From Promethearchaeia archaeon (GTDB taxonomy: Archaea; Asgardarchaeota; Lokiarchaeia; Sigyniarchaeales; SOKP01), in assembly GCA_046497275.1 (NCBI GenBank), contig JAWOFX010000088.1, positions 100,236-132,235 of the forward strand: DNA of 32,000 bases, in the 5' to 3' direction. The notes beneath the pieces are model-generated. The model worked only from the letters and a program-made list of their open reading frames with translations, searched no databases and was not told the origin of the DNA. Numbering within the stretch: the first letter of the stretch is position 1; every line of letters begins with the position of its first letter. The position numbers and the translations under genes were made by a program. Positions 1 to 9,327 of the stretch are shown here, piece by piece.

Positions 1-1868
1 TTTTCTATGAGAGGATCTTTTCTTTCATAGTTAATTAACTCTCTGTTTTTAATTAGATTGTCTAAAAACTTTATAATATCATTAATCACGACTATATCGA
101 TATTTAAATTCTCTAATTGTGTTTTCAACTTTATTAGAAATTGTCTCTTTAGAAATTGTTTATATTTAATTATAATTGCCTCATTCTCTCTGATATCTGA
201 GCAAACCTCAACTAATTCGCCTTTCGGTGTCGCATAAGTGAATCCATGACCTTGCGGCCCTAAACCACCTAATAATACCATTGATAAGCTATGAAATTTA
301 TAAGAATCTGTTGATAATATCTCTTGTTCGTTATCAAGAATATTCTTAGGGGAAACTAAATGCTTCTTAACTTCTCTCTCTTCTCGTTCTTGCAAAGTTC
401 CATAATAATTTATACGATATCTATACAAAATATTAAATTCTAAAAAACCATCTTCCTTTAGCTCTTCTCTTCGGCTATTTTTATAATGTTTTTTAAATTC
501 TTTGAGAAAATGTAGGGTTGACCCTAAATTCTTAACACTCAATCCATAGATAGAGTATGCATTAAAGAAAGAATTTTTAATATAATAGATAAGTTGATCA
601 ATATTACTATAAAATGAATAAGCATTAGGATAATTTACAAAATATTCATAAAGATTCCTTGGAAGAACTTTATATACAAAATAAATTAGAAAATCATTTA
701 CAGGACCAAAAAGATCTTTTAAATTGGCTAAAAATAGTTTATCTTTCTTTATTTTTTTTATTTTTTTTAACTTTTGCTCATTAAGTTCTCTAGTTAATAA
801 ATTATATTTATTACAAAATCTTATGGTATCTATCACTTTTCCTAGACTGGACGTTTGATATCCGACGGTCACATCTTGAATACAATTGATTATAAGTTGT
901 GAAATAATTTTAAATCGATTTGGAATCTTTTCTACTTCAATAAATATATCAAATTTATCCGAATTTTTAATTAGTTGCTTAAACTTATCAAAATGACCCG
1001 CTTCTAGATCTTTTGCTAATCCTTTGTAAAAATTTTCCTCAATTTTCTTTTTATTTTCTGCTTTTAAAAGAATCCGAGATAAATTAATCTCTCCCTCATC
1101 TTCAATTATATGATCTATTGTATATTTTATTTTCTGAAATTCTCCAGATTTTAGAGATTCTATTATTGTTTCAATAATTAATTCTTGAATATCGTTAGTA
1201 TTTTTTTTTAATTTGTGATGAGAAATTTCATTTTTCTCTATAAATTTATAGAAGAAAATTAAGTATTTTAAATTTCCAATTCCTAAAAAATAATCAAATG
1301 AATCTCTGAATAATTTAGTCATAAAGGTTAAAATTCTTTCCTTATTACTTCCCTTTTCAAATGATTTGTCTTCCTTATATTTCTCAATCCAATCTCTTAA
1401 ATAAATTATAAAAAGAGGTAAATTATCTGTATTATAAAAAATCTGAACATTTTTCTGACATCTTCTACAGAAATAAATCATTCTATTTTCATTGAATGCA
1501 TAAGAACCCTCAGATATATCCTCTGAATGACATTCAGTACATAATTTTTCAAATAATAATTTTTCGATTAATTCTTCTAAAAATTCAATTTTAAGATTCT
1601 TGATAACTTCAAAATCAATAATCTCATTCTCTATTAAAACCCAGAGATAAGATCCAAACTCTAAAAAAATAGGTTTGAAGAAACGAATTTTATCAGAATT
1701 ATCTAACTTTTTATATTCTTGAGTTATATTATAGATTTTCTCAGCGAGCTTTATTTCTTTAGTGGCGACTTTCTTTCTAATATCATTTAAATCCAGTTTG
1801 CCTTTTTTAATAATATTAAATATATCGTTTTTTAAATTGCCATAAAATTGCTCAGAGAGAATATGCAT
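1..1868 (-). CDS. Large hypothetical protein, partial (runs off the left edge, at least 622 codons), with a CxxC-x20-CxxC zinc ribbon and a Gly-rich motif
   Basis: Not in the ORF track. Manual translation from ATG at 1868 gives MHILSEQFYGNLKNDIF...LCTECHSEDISEGSYAFNENRMIYFCRRCQKN...LSMVLLGGLGPQGHGFTYATPKGELVEVCSDIRENEAIIIKYKQFLK...; I found no stop before position 1 and confirmed the frame at two distant checkpoints. Confidence 0.85.
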   Translation of the reverse strand, partial: MHILSEQFYGNLKNDIFNIIKKGKLDLNDIRKKVATKEIKLAEKIYNITQEYKKLDNSDKIRFFKPIFLEFGSYLWVLIENEIIDFEVIKNLKIEFLEELIEKLLFEKLCTECHSEDISEGSYAFNENRMIYFCRRCQKNVQIFYNTDNLPLFIIYLRDWIEKYKEDKSFEKGSNKERILTFMTKLFRDSFDYFLGIGNLKYLIFFYKFIEKNEISHHKLKKNTNDIQELIIETIIESLKSGEFQKIKYTIDHIIEDEGEINLSRILLKAENKKKIEENFYKGLAKDLEAGHFDKFKQLIKNSDKFDIFIEVEKIPNRFKIISQLIINCIQDVTVGYQTSSLGKVIDTIRFCNKYNLLTRELNEQKLKKIKKIKKDKLFLANLKDLFGPVNDFLIYFVYKVLPRNLYEYFVNYPNAYSFYSNIDQLIYYIKNSFFNAYSIYGLSVKNLGSTLHFLKEFKKHYKNSRREELKEDGFLEFNILYRYRINYYGTLQEREEREVKKHLVSPKNILDNEQEILSTDSYKFHSLSMVLLGGLGPQGHGFTYATPKGELVEVCSDIRENEAIIIKYKQFLKRQFLIKLKTQLENLNIDIVVINDIIKFLDNLIKNRELINYERKDPLIE

Positions 1869-1945
1869 AGCTCTACATTTTTATTAGAACAAGATAAGAT
1901 TAATAAAATTATTTATAAAATAGTATAAGTGGTTTCAATTTAATT

Positions 1946-2317
1946 TTAATCTAATAACCCAGCAATCTTCTGTGAAACGCTCTGTATATTTAAGAAAACC
2001 ATACCCAAACTCGATGCCTTCGACGCCAGAACACAGAGTATCGCATTTTCGCCCGCACGAGAAAGTATTATAATTCCATCCAATCCCTCAATAAGAATTC
2101 TCTTTAAATCTCCTCTCGCTAACTCTTGAACAGCTCTCTCCGATACGCTAAGAATAGCAGCAGACATAGCACTAACAATACCATCATTCACATCTCCCGA
2201 AAGCGCAGAACAAATAGGTAACCCTTGGACAGAAACAATCGCACTTCCTTGAATATCGGCATTGATTGCTTCCAAATTTCTCAGAATGTCTGTAAGCTCA
2301 CTTATATTTTCTGACAT
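1946..2317 (-). CDS. Roadblock/LC7 (MglB/LAMTOR2-like) domain protein
   Basis: 123 aa with the typical pattern IQGSAIVSVQGLPICSAL...IVSAMSAAILSVSERAVQELARGDLKRILIEGLDGIIIL...AILCVLA...LGMVFL. Confidence 0.9.
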   Translation of the reverse strand: MSENISELTDILRNLEAINADIQGSAIVSVQGLPICSALSGDVNDGIVSAMSAAILSVSERAVQELARGDLKRILIEGLDGIIILSRAGENAILCVLASKASSLGMVFLNIQSVSQKIAGLLD

Positions 2318-2675
2318 AATGGGGAAATAAGTAATTAATATATTGATTCTAATAAAGTAAGTAAAACAATATTAATATTGATTCTGACTAAATTCTTTTA
2401 AATTTTAATGTTTATGTATAGAATATTATTAATAATAAATCTATATTAATTTTTTGCAAAAAACCATCAATGCATTTTTTAACGAATTTTAAATAATAAT
2501 CCCCAAATTCTCTTTTTAAACAGATTGAAATACTTTTTTATAAAATGATAAATCCGCAAAATTATGTATGCATGAGTAATTCAAACTTTTTTTAGAAAAA
2601 CTGATGGATTTAAAAAATATTATTATCCATTTTTCATTACCTAACCTAATGAATGAGACACGAAAAGAAAAAGAT

Positions 2676-3629
2676 ATGTCTGAAAAGAAAAATAATTCAG
2701 AGATTTCAGAGGAAAATGAAGAGGAGAAGCAATTAAAATTCGATTCTCTCAGAAAGGCTGGTGAAATAGCGCAAGAAGTAAAGAAATTCATCAAACCGAA
2801 GATTAAAATAGGTATGAAAGGATTAGATATAGTATCTGCAGCGGAAAAGAAGATAAGTGAATTGGGAGGTGCTTGCGCATTTCCAGTTAATTTATCTATC
2901 AATAATATCGCTGCTCATTATACTTCTCCATTTCGTGAAGATGGATTAACTATAAAAGAAAATGATCTTGTGAAAATAGATTTGGGAGTGCATATTGAAG
3001 GATATATCGTTGATACAGCATTCACAGTAAATTTTAATCAAGATAAATCTCTAGAAAATATAATTACTGCCACTGACACGGCATTGCAAGCAGCAAAAAT
3101 GATGGTGAAGCCAGGTGTGAACACAAAAGATATAGGAAAGAAGATAGAAAATATTGTTAGGGGGTTTAATTACAATCCAATTAAAGAATTGGGCGGTCAT
3201 CAAATAGAACGCTGGAGACTTCACGGAACAAAGGATCTCCCAGAATTAGGCTCTCAAGGTGGAGATGAAATAGAGGAAGGAGATGTGTTTGCTATTGAAA
3301 TCTTTGCATCTACGGGAGCTGGATCGGTTCATAGTACAAATAGTTGCCATATATATGCGATTAATCCCTATACAGGGCGGGTTCCTTTAAGAAGAAAGAG
3401 CTCTAAGCAAATACTGGGATTTATAAATAGAAATTATAAAACTCTTCCGTTTGCTGAACGCTGGCTTGGTCAAGAGTTTCAAATAGGGGTTGCTTTCGGA
3501 ATACAAGAACTTGTCCAGAAAGATAAACTAAGACAACATAATGTGCTTTCTGAAGAGAAAGACGCCTACGTTGCACAATCAGAAGAAACAATATTGATAA
3601 CCGAAGATGGCTATGAACAATTAACATAG
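2676..3629 (+). CDS. map: Type II (archaeal) methionine aminopeptidase
   Basis: Motifs AFPVNLSINNIAAHYT, KIDLGVHIEGYIVDTA, LGGHQI, FAIEIFAS, VAQSEETILI. The track starts at 2604, but ATG 2676 (MSEKK) is more plausible because the first 24 codons fall in AT-rich intergenic-looking sequence. Confidence 0.95.
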   Translation: MSEKKNNSEISEENEEEKQLKFDSLRKAGEIAQEVKKFIKPKIKIGMKGLDIVSAAEKKISELGGACAFPVNLSINNIAAHYTSPFREDGLTIKENDLVKIDLGVHIEGYIVDTAFTVNFNQDKSLENIITATDTALQAAKMMVKPGVNTKDIGKKIENIVRGFNYNPIKELGGHQIERWRLHGTKDLPELGSQGGDEIEEGDVFAIEIFASTGAGSVHSTNSCHIYAINPYTGRVPLRRKSSKQILGFINRNYKTLPFAERWLGQEFQIGVAFGIQELVQKDKLRQHNVLSEEKDAYVAQSEETILITEDGYEQLT

Positions 3630-3683
3630 AATCATAATTTATATTTTTGAACATCAAATTTAAAATAACTTCCTCTTCAAAAA

Positions 3684-4793
3684 ATGCGAAAATTAAGTAT
3701 CTGCTTGGTTTCATTTAAAATTCCGCCCGATTCTCAAGACGGCACAGCAAAAACATTTAAAGGAATTTATAAATATCTCAAAAACCAAGGGCATAACGTG
3801 AAATTAATAACAGGAAAATGGAAATATGATTTAAAAGATCCAGACATAATACAAATTGATATAATTAATAAAAGATTTGTTTGGATCATCCCTTTTGCTC
3901 TCGGTGTTATAAAATATCTAAAATCCCATGATTTTGATATTATACATGGAAACAATCCTAAAGGAGTGCTACCTATTCTTTTAGCAAATAAAAAAAAATT
4001 CATCTCAATGATTCATGATTTAGGATATTTTACAAAAATTCCTTTTGAAAAATTTCTAATAAAGTATATAGCGAAGAATTCAACTTTTATCACAGTTCCT
4101 TCGACCCAAATAAAAAATAAATTGCTTAAGAATCTTAAAATCTTAAATCCCAATAAAATATTTAATTTATATAATGCCATAGAAGACAAATTTAAACCTT
4201 ATCCCGAAAAAGCAGACAAACTTAAAGAACAATTAGGAATAAAAGGTCCAGTTTTAATTTATATAGGCCGTATTTCGTTTTATAAAGGAGTACATGATAT
4301 TATTAAATCATATTATTTAGCTAAAGAAAAATTGAGAAATTTAAATCTCGTTATTGGAGGATTGCCTGATTTTAGGACACAAAAAAAATATGATTATTGG
4401 AAGAATAAATATAATGATATAAAATTTGTTGGATTTATTCCCCCTGCTCAAATTCCTATATATTATTCAATGGGTGATATTTTCATAACTTATTCATATG
4501 CGTTTGAGGGGTTTGGATTGACCCCAATAGAAGCAATTGCTTGCGGAACACCAGTTATTTGTTCTTCCCTCCCAGTTTTTAAGGAAGTTTTGGGAGATAA
4601 TGCAGTATTCTTACCACCCAGAAGTCCAAAATTATTAGCAAAAGCCATTATTGCACTATTAGAGGATGATGAAAGAAGAAAGAAAATAATAGAAAACGCG
4701 CAAGAATTTATAAAACGTTATTCTTGGAATGCAGTAGGGAAAAAGCTTGAAAAAGTCTATATGCATTTCTTAAATTTAAAAACACATAATTAA
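3684..4793 (+). CDS. Glycosyltransferase family 4 (GT-B, RfaB-like)
   Basis: DIIHGNN, YIGRISFYKGV, FVGFIP, and EGFGLTPIEAIACGTPVICS (EX7E motif). Confidence 0.92.
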   Translation: MRKLSICLVSFKIPPDSQDGTAKTFKGIYKYLKNQGHNVKLITGKWKYDLKDPDIIQIDIINKRFVWIIPFALGVIKYLKSHDFDIIHGNNPKGVLPILLANKKKFISMIHDLGYFTKIPFEKFLIKYIAKNSTFITVPSTQIKNKLLKNLKILNPNKIFNLYNAIEDKFKPYPEKADKLKEQLGIKGPVLIYIGRISFYKGVHDIIKSYYLAKEKLRNLNLVIGGLPDFRTQKKYDYWKNKYNDIKFVGFIPPAQIPIYYSMGDIFITYSYAFEGFGLTPIEAIACGTPVICSSLPVFKEVLGDNAVFLPPRSPKLLAKAIIALLEDDERRKKIIENAQEFIKRYSWNAVGKKLEKVYMHFLNLKTHN

Positions 4794-4830
4794 TAGATTT
4801 ATATCTTAATATTTAAGAAATTTATATTTT

Positions 4831-5961
4831 TTACTTGAACCATCTCGTTTGTCCGAGGGTAATGATTCGATATTTTTTTACACGATTATAATCATTCCAA
4901 AAACATCCATAACATTCTGGGATATTTTTTCTTGAATCAATTAATAAATTTCGAAAATTTTTGTATTTTGTTCCATTCCAAATCTCAGAAAATGAATTTT
5001 TATATATATTACCCATAATATATTTTTCATTTGTAAGATAACAACAAGGTAAAACTTTCCCTGTGGCTGTAATATAGGTTGAGATCCAAGGTGTTAAACA
5101 TGGTGTTTCATTTTTTAGGGTTTTTCTGTGAAGTAGTTCCAATAATTTCTCTTTCCAATTGAATAAAAAATCTTTTTTCTGTTTTTCCATATTTGAAGTT
5201 ATTATAGAATTTATTTTAGCTATGGTATTTTCTATTTGTTCAGGACTAGGAACAATCCCTGAATCAACTCCAAAATCAAATACGGGTTCCAATCTAAAAG
5301 ATTCTAATAATCCCCATTTTTTAAGATAATTATACATCGGTTCATATTCATCTAAATTTTTCGCTTGTAGACAGCATAGTATACGTATCATAATTTTTTT
5401 TCTATCAATCTCTGAAAGCAATTTCTCAAAATTATCAATACACTTATGAAATGTTGAGCTCTTAGTTATTTGTTCAAAAGATTCTGGGTTTGTTCCATGA
5501 AGTGAAAAAGTTAAAATAGATGGAGGATTCTCTACTAATTTTGCAATATTCAGGGCATTCATAAGAGACATATTTGTTGGCATAGATGTTGTTATATGCT
5601 TTCGATTGCATAATGCTAAAAACTTATATATCTCAGTATTCATCAAAGGTTCACCTAAACCATTCAACGTGACATATAATGGGTGGATATTCTCAATTAA
5701 ATTTTTGAATATCTTAAAAGAGATTACATTATTTAAATTTCTAATTTTTTTCAGATTATGTCTGTCGCACATAATACAATTAAAATTACATCTATCTGTA
5801 ATTTCAATTTGAAGCCGAATTGGTCCATATTTAGACGCCTTTGGAGTTCCCAATATTGAATAATAAAGAACACTGAATGCTTTCTTTATATTATATAAAG
5901 TTAGAAACTGATTATTTTTAAAAATTAGTAATAAATCTTCCAGTCGCTTTTTTAATGACAT
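4831..5961 (-). CDS. Radical SAM protein with a SPASM/twitch C-terminal domain
   Basis: CxxxCxxC (TDRCNFNCIMCDR), LNGLGEPLMN, and C-terminal CLTPW...GKVLPCCY...MGNIYKNSFSEIWNG...CYGC. Confidence 0.92.
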   Translation of the reverse strand: MSLKKRLEDLLLIFKNNQFLTLYNIKKAFSVLYYSILGTPKASKYGPIRLQIEITDRCNFNCIMCDRHNLKKIRNLNNVISFKIFKNLIENIHPLYVTLNGLGEPLMNTEIYKFLALCNRKHITTSMPTNMSLMNALNIAKLVENPPSILTFSLHGTNPESFEQITKSSTFHKCIDNFEKLLSEIDRKKIMIRILCCLQAKNLDEYEPMYNYLKKWGLLESFRLEPVFDFGVDSGIVPSPEQIENTIAKINSIITSNMEKQKKDFLFNWKEKLLELLHRKTLKNETPCLTPWISTYITATGKVLPCCYLTNEKYIMGNIYKNSFSEIWNGTKYKNFRNLLIDSRKNIPECYGCFWNDYNRVKKYRIITLGQTRWFK

Positions 5962-6000
5962 TTCTGAGAATTGAAAAAATTAAAATTCTTTTAATATATT

Positions 6001-6213
6001 TTAACCCGCTGGAGAAAATATTAACGCAAAAATTCCAAGACGAGCTAATATTACTATAATTATAAGAGATGCAGCAAAAATTACCGTTGCTATTGGACTT
6101 ATCTTGATACCAATTGAAGAATCTTCGAAAAATCTCATTAAACCAGCTCCACCCATCGGCATTGGAGCACTTCCCGATCTTCTTTTTTTCCTTCGCGATT
6201 GTCTTCTAGACAT
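6001..6213 (-). CDS. secG: Preprotein translocase subunit Sec61beta (archaeal SecG/Sec-beta)
   Basis: 70 aa: basic N-terminus, GAGLMRFFED motif, KISP, then a single C-terminal TM helix. Confidence 0.92.
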   Translation of the reverse strand: MSRRQSRRKKRRSGSAPMPMGGAGLMRFFEDSSIGIKISPIATVIFAASLIIIVILARLGIFALIFSPAG

Positions 6214-6362
6214 CTTTTTTAAATCTATTATGTATTATTATATTTAATATAAAGATTTTAACCTAAAAAACTATTTCTCAAAATTTAAACTCGCAAAAAA
6301 TCCAAAAAGCAAGATTTTTTTAACTCATAAATTTAATTATCTTAAAAAAAATAAAAATACAA

Positions 6363-6659
6363 ATGCGGATTCGAGAATTTCAAGATTTAATACGTGATCT
6401 TTACTTCCATCAAGATTCTAAAAGAGGTTTTAACAAATGTTTCTTATGGCTCGTTGAAGAAATTGGTGAATTAGCCAGTGTTTTAAAAGAGAAAGAGTTA
6501 AATATAGAATTTATTGGAGCAGAGATGGCAGATATAATAGCTTGGATATTCACGTTAGCAAATTTGCTAAAAATAGATATCGAAACGGCTGTGATGAAAA
6601 AATATCCTAATAAATGTCCCAAATGTGGTTCTAATCCATGTATATGTAATAAAAATTAA
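6363..6659 (+). CDS. MazG-like nucleotide pyrophosphohydrolase with a C-terminal Cys cluster
   Basis: WLVEEIGELA...EMADIIAW (EExxE...ExxD) and C-terminal KYPNKCPKCGSNPCIC. Confidence 0.88.
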   Translation: MRIREFQDLIRDLYFHQDSKRGFNKCFLWLVEEIGELASVLKEKELNIEFIGAEMADIIAWIFTLANLLKIDIETAVMKKYPNKCPKCGSNPCICNKN

Positions 6660-6764
6660 TAGTGAAGATTCTATTATTTTATTTTAAAGCGTGAAGAGAA
6701 TAAACTTTAATAAATTTTTAAAATTGATTATATTAATTTTAGTTATTTAGGAAATGAAAAAAAA

Positions 6765-8612
6765 TTGCTAATGTTGAAAAAAAGAAAAATTTACTTGCTA
6801 ACAACGATTTTCATATCAATCTTTATCATTAGTTCCTTTATTTCAATATTTGATTATAATACTTGCTATAATCGTTCAAATTATGAACTACCTAAGACAG
6901 CTTCAAGCATAGAAGGAGCTTCCGATATTATAATCTCTAAAATTAATCGAACTATTGATATAAACGGATTTGGATTAACAAATTTTAAGGATTCTTTAAC
7001 AATTAAAAATGAATATAATAATCCTGTCTCCTCAATTTTGATAGGAATTCCATCTAATATTTATGATGATTTAATATATTATGAAGCAACTGGTATGGGG
7101 AAAAATAGTTTATTGGTGGAAGAGACTGATATCATAATGGATAATAATAAAATGATGTTAGCAATATATTTTGATTCTCCACTGCTTCCTCAAGAATCTA
7201 AATCAATAATTCTCTCCCATTCTTATAAGGAACTTTTACAATACCAACCCTCAGGGGAAAATCAAAAGATTTCTTTTACTGGAATAGTTTATCCGCTTTT
7301 CCCTTATAAAGCAGAAGGATTAATAAAAACAATTGTTATTCTGCCAATTGGATCGACTATCATTAATTCCGATTTTTGGGGGGAGAATAACGATAATTTA
7401 ATAATTTATGACCTTGAAGAATTAACCCAATCATATTTAGAACCATTTTTAGAAAACTTAGGGGAAGATAAAATAATTGAGTTATCATTCACCCATCCTT
7501 CCAAAACAAGATTGGAAATACAAAAATCCACAAGGGAAATAACAATTTCCCCGTGGGGAGTGATTAAAGTGAAAGAGAGTATTTTAATTAGGAATCTCGG
7601 CTCTATAGATCTTGGAAAATTTAACTTAAAAATACCAAAAGGGGCTCGCAATGCGAAAACAACCGATCATTTAGGGGAAATTGATGGAACTACTGTGACA
7701 GATTTACCGAATAATCCCAAATCCAAACAAATTAATCTGGATCTTACAAATAATAGGGTGACAATGAATCCAGACTCGAGTTTCAGATTTACATTAACAT
7801 ATCAATTAAATCTGGCAGATTATGTATCTTATAACTGGTTCAAACAATCAATACAAATGGATATAATAACAACACGCTGTGATTTTTTAGTAAGAGATCA
7901 AATTACAAAAATCATCATAGAAAGCTCTCTTAGCATAACTGATATTTCTAATCTTCCAAATGAATTTGATGAATCGGTTGCATCTAGCATTCTCGTCTAT
8001 GAATCAGATTACATTAGCAATATTGAAGAGAATAAAATTTTATTGACTTATACTCTAGATATTTTTGAAATGTTCCTCAGACCGCTAATAATTTTATTAT
8101 TAATTGCATCACTGTGTTCGGGGTTTATCCTTTTTATTAAGAAAAGAAAGCAAATGGGCATTTTACCTATGATTGAAAAAGAAGAGATTCCTATAAAAGA
8201 GATCAGAGAGTTTTGTTCACTCTATGAGCAAAAAAATGCCCTTACATTAGAAATTCGAGAAGCAGAAGAGGAACTTAAGCGACGTAAATTAACTAAAAAA
8301 CAATATCGTAATCTTGTTGATAAAAATGAATCAAAACTAAAGGATATTGATGAGGAAATAAAACCTTTTAAGAAAGAATTGATGGAAACAAATCAAACTT
8401 TTGAAAGCATGATAAAAAAACTAGATGTTTTAGAAGCGGAACGGCAAACGGTCGAGGATGGATTAAAATTATTGGAAAGCAGATATAAAAAAGGGAAACT
8501 TCCTTCAAGATCAGCTTATGTAAAATTAACCAATGATTTTTTAAATAGACGAAAAAAGATTGACAGAACAATATCTCGTTTTATACAACAATTACGTTCT
8601 TATCTCCTTTAA
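6765..8612 (+). CDS. Ribophorin I (OST1/RPN1)-like oligosaccharyltransferase subunit
   Basis: N-terminal hydrophobic signal/anchor, REITISPWGVIKVKESILIRN (cf. RPN1 RxIEVSHWGNIAVEE), TM helix LIILLLIASLCSGFILFI, and a C-terminal helical/coiled-coil cytosolic tail. Start is TTG 6765 or ATG 6771. Confidence 0.75.
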   Translation: MLMLKKRKIYLLTTIFISIFIISSFISIFDYNTCYNRSNYELPKTASSIEGASDIIISKINRTIDINGFGLTNFKDSLTIKNEYNNPVSSILIGIPSNIYDDLIYYEATGMGKNSLLVEETDIIMDNNKMMLAIYFDSPLLPQESKSIILSHSYKELLQYQPSGENQKISFTGIVYPLFPYKAEGLIKTIVILPIGSTIINSDFWGENNDNLIIYDLEELTQSYLEPFLENLGEDKIIELSFTHPSKTRLEIQKSTREITISPWGVIKVKESILIRNLGSIDLGKFNLKIPKGARNAKTTDHLGEIDGTTVTDLPNNPKSKQINLDLTNNRVTMNPDSSFRFTLTYQLNLADYVSYNWFKQSIQMDIITTRCDFLVRDQITKIIIESSLSITDISNLPNEFDESVASSILVYESDYISNIEENKILLTYTLDIFEMFLRPLIILLLIASLCSGFILFIKKRKQMGILPMIEKEEIPIKEIREFCSLYEQKNALTLEIREAEEELKRRKLTKKQYRNLVDKNESKLKDIDEEIKPFKKELMETNQTFESMIKKLDVLEAERQTVEDGLKLLESRYKKGKLPSRSAYVKLTNDFLNRRKKIDRTISRFIQQLRSYLL

Positions 8613-8664
8613 ATTTTTATATTCAGATGGATTAGCTAATAATAGACCTTATTTATGATAAAAA

Positions 8665-9291
8665 ATGAGACTCTGGTTATTTGATATCCTTGCATGTCCG
8701 ATATGCAAGCATTATCCACTTAAGTTATACATCTTTTCGTATCAAGCAGAAGAAGATAAATTCAAAAAATATCTTAAAGATTACAATGAGAATACTTTTA
8801 ATTATGAAAATCAGGATATTTTAAAAATATCTCAAGATAGTGAAGAAAAAATTTTGATTAAGGATGAAATTGTAATTGAGAAAAAACCTATAATTAAATA
8901 TCTTGAAGATATTCTCACTAGTGTTGAAGAATTAAAAAATATCGAAGATCTGAGTTCTTACGAAAAAAGCAAGAAATGCCTTTCCATTGCAAGAGAAAAG
9001 ATTTTTGAGCAATTAATTGAATTCTCCAAAAAATCAGACTTAGATCACATTGAATCTATAATACCTGAACTTATTTTTCTGAATAAATTAAAAATTGACG
9101 CAGAAATTGAATCTGGTATTTTATTCTGCAATGAATGCAATAGATGGTTTCCCATTATCGATACAATTCCTCGGATGTTACCAGATGAGTATAGAGACAA
9201 AGCAAAGGAACTCGATTTCTTAAAAAGCAAAAAGGATATATTAAATGAAGAATTTTTTAATTTGGATCTAAAACCTTTTAATCTACAATAA
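8665..9291 (+). CDS. trm112: Trm112 family methyltransferase activator with a long central insertion
   Basis: N-terminal LFDILACPICKHYPLKL and C-terminal EIESGILFCNECNRWFPIIDTIPRML: the split Trm112 zinc-binding domain. Confidence 0.85.
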   Translation: MRLWLFDILACPICKHYPLKLYIFSYQAEEDKFKKYLKDYNENTFNYENQDILKISQDSEEKILIKDEIVIEKKPIIKYLEDILTSVEELKNIEDLSSYEKSKKCLSIAREKIFEQLIEFSKKSDLDHIESIIPELIFLNKLKIDAEIESGILFCNECNRWFPIIDTIPRMLPDEYRDKAKELDFLKSKKDILNEEFFNLDLKPFNLQ

Positions 9292-9298
9292 ATTGTAG

Positions 9299-9305
9299 TT
9301 AAATA
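9299..9305 (+). promoter_or_regulatory. Possible TATA box for the tRNA gene
   Basis: TTAAATA 23-29 nt upstream of the tRNA 5' end; weak evidence in such AT-rich DNA. Confidence 0.3.
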
Positions 9306-9327
9306 CCATTATTACTAATTATACAAA

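Noticed and set aside
2604-2675. N-terminal 24 codons of the track's MetAP ORF
   Set aside because: AT-rich, intergenic-looking sequence; ATG 2676 (or 2649) is more plausible, though this is not proven.
2516-2902. 128-aa minus-strand ORF
   Set aside because: Antisense shadow of map; no family motifs.
3421-4003. Minus-strand ORFs 3421-3714 and 3767-4003
   Set aside because: They overlap map and GT4 antisense and have no coding hallmarks.
6754-6770. Possible frameshift at the A8 run giving an ATG 6754 start for ribophorin I
   Set aside because: Unnecessary: in-frame TTG 6765 and ATG 6771 already give a basic N-terminus plus signal helix.
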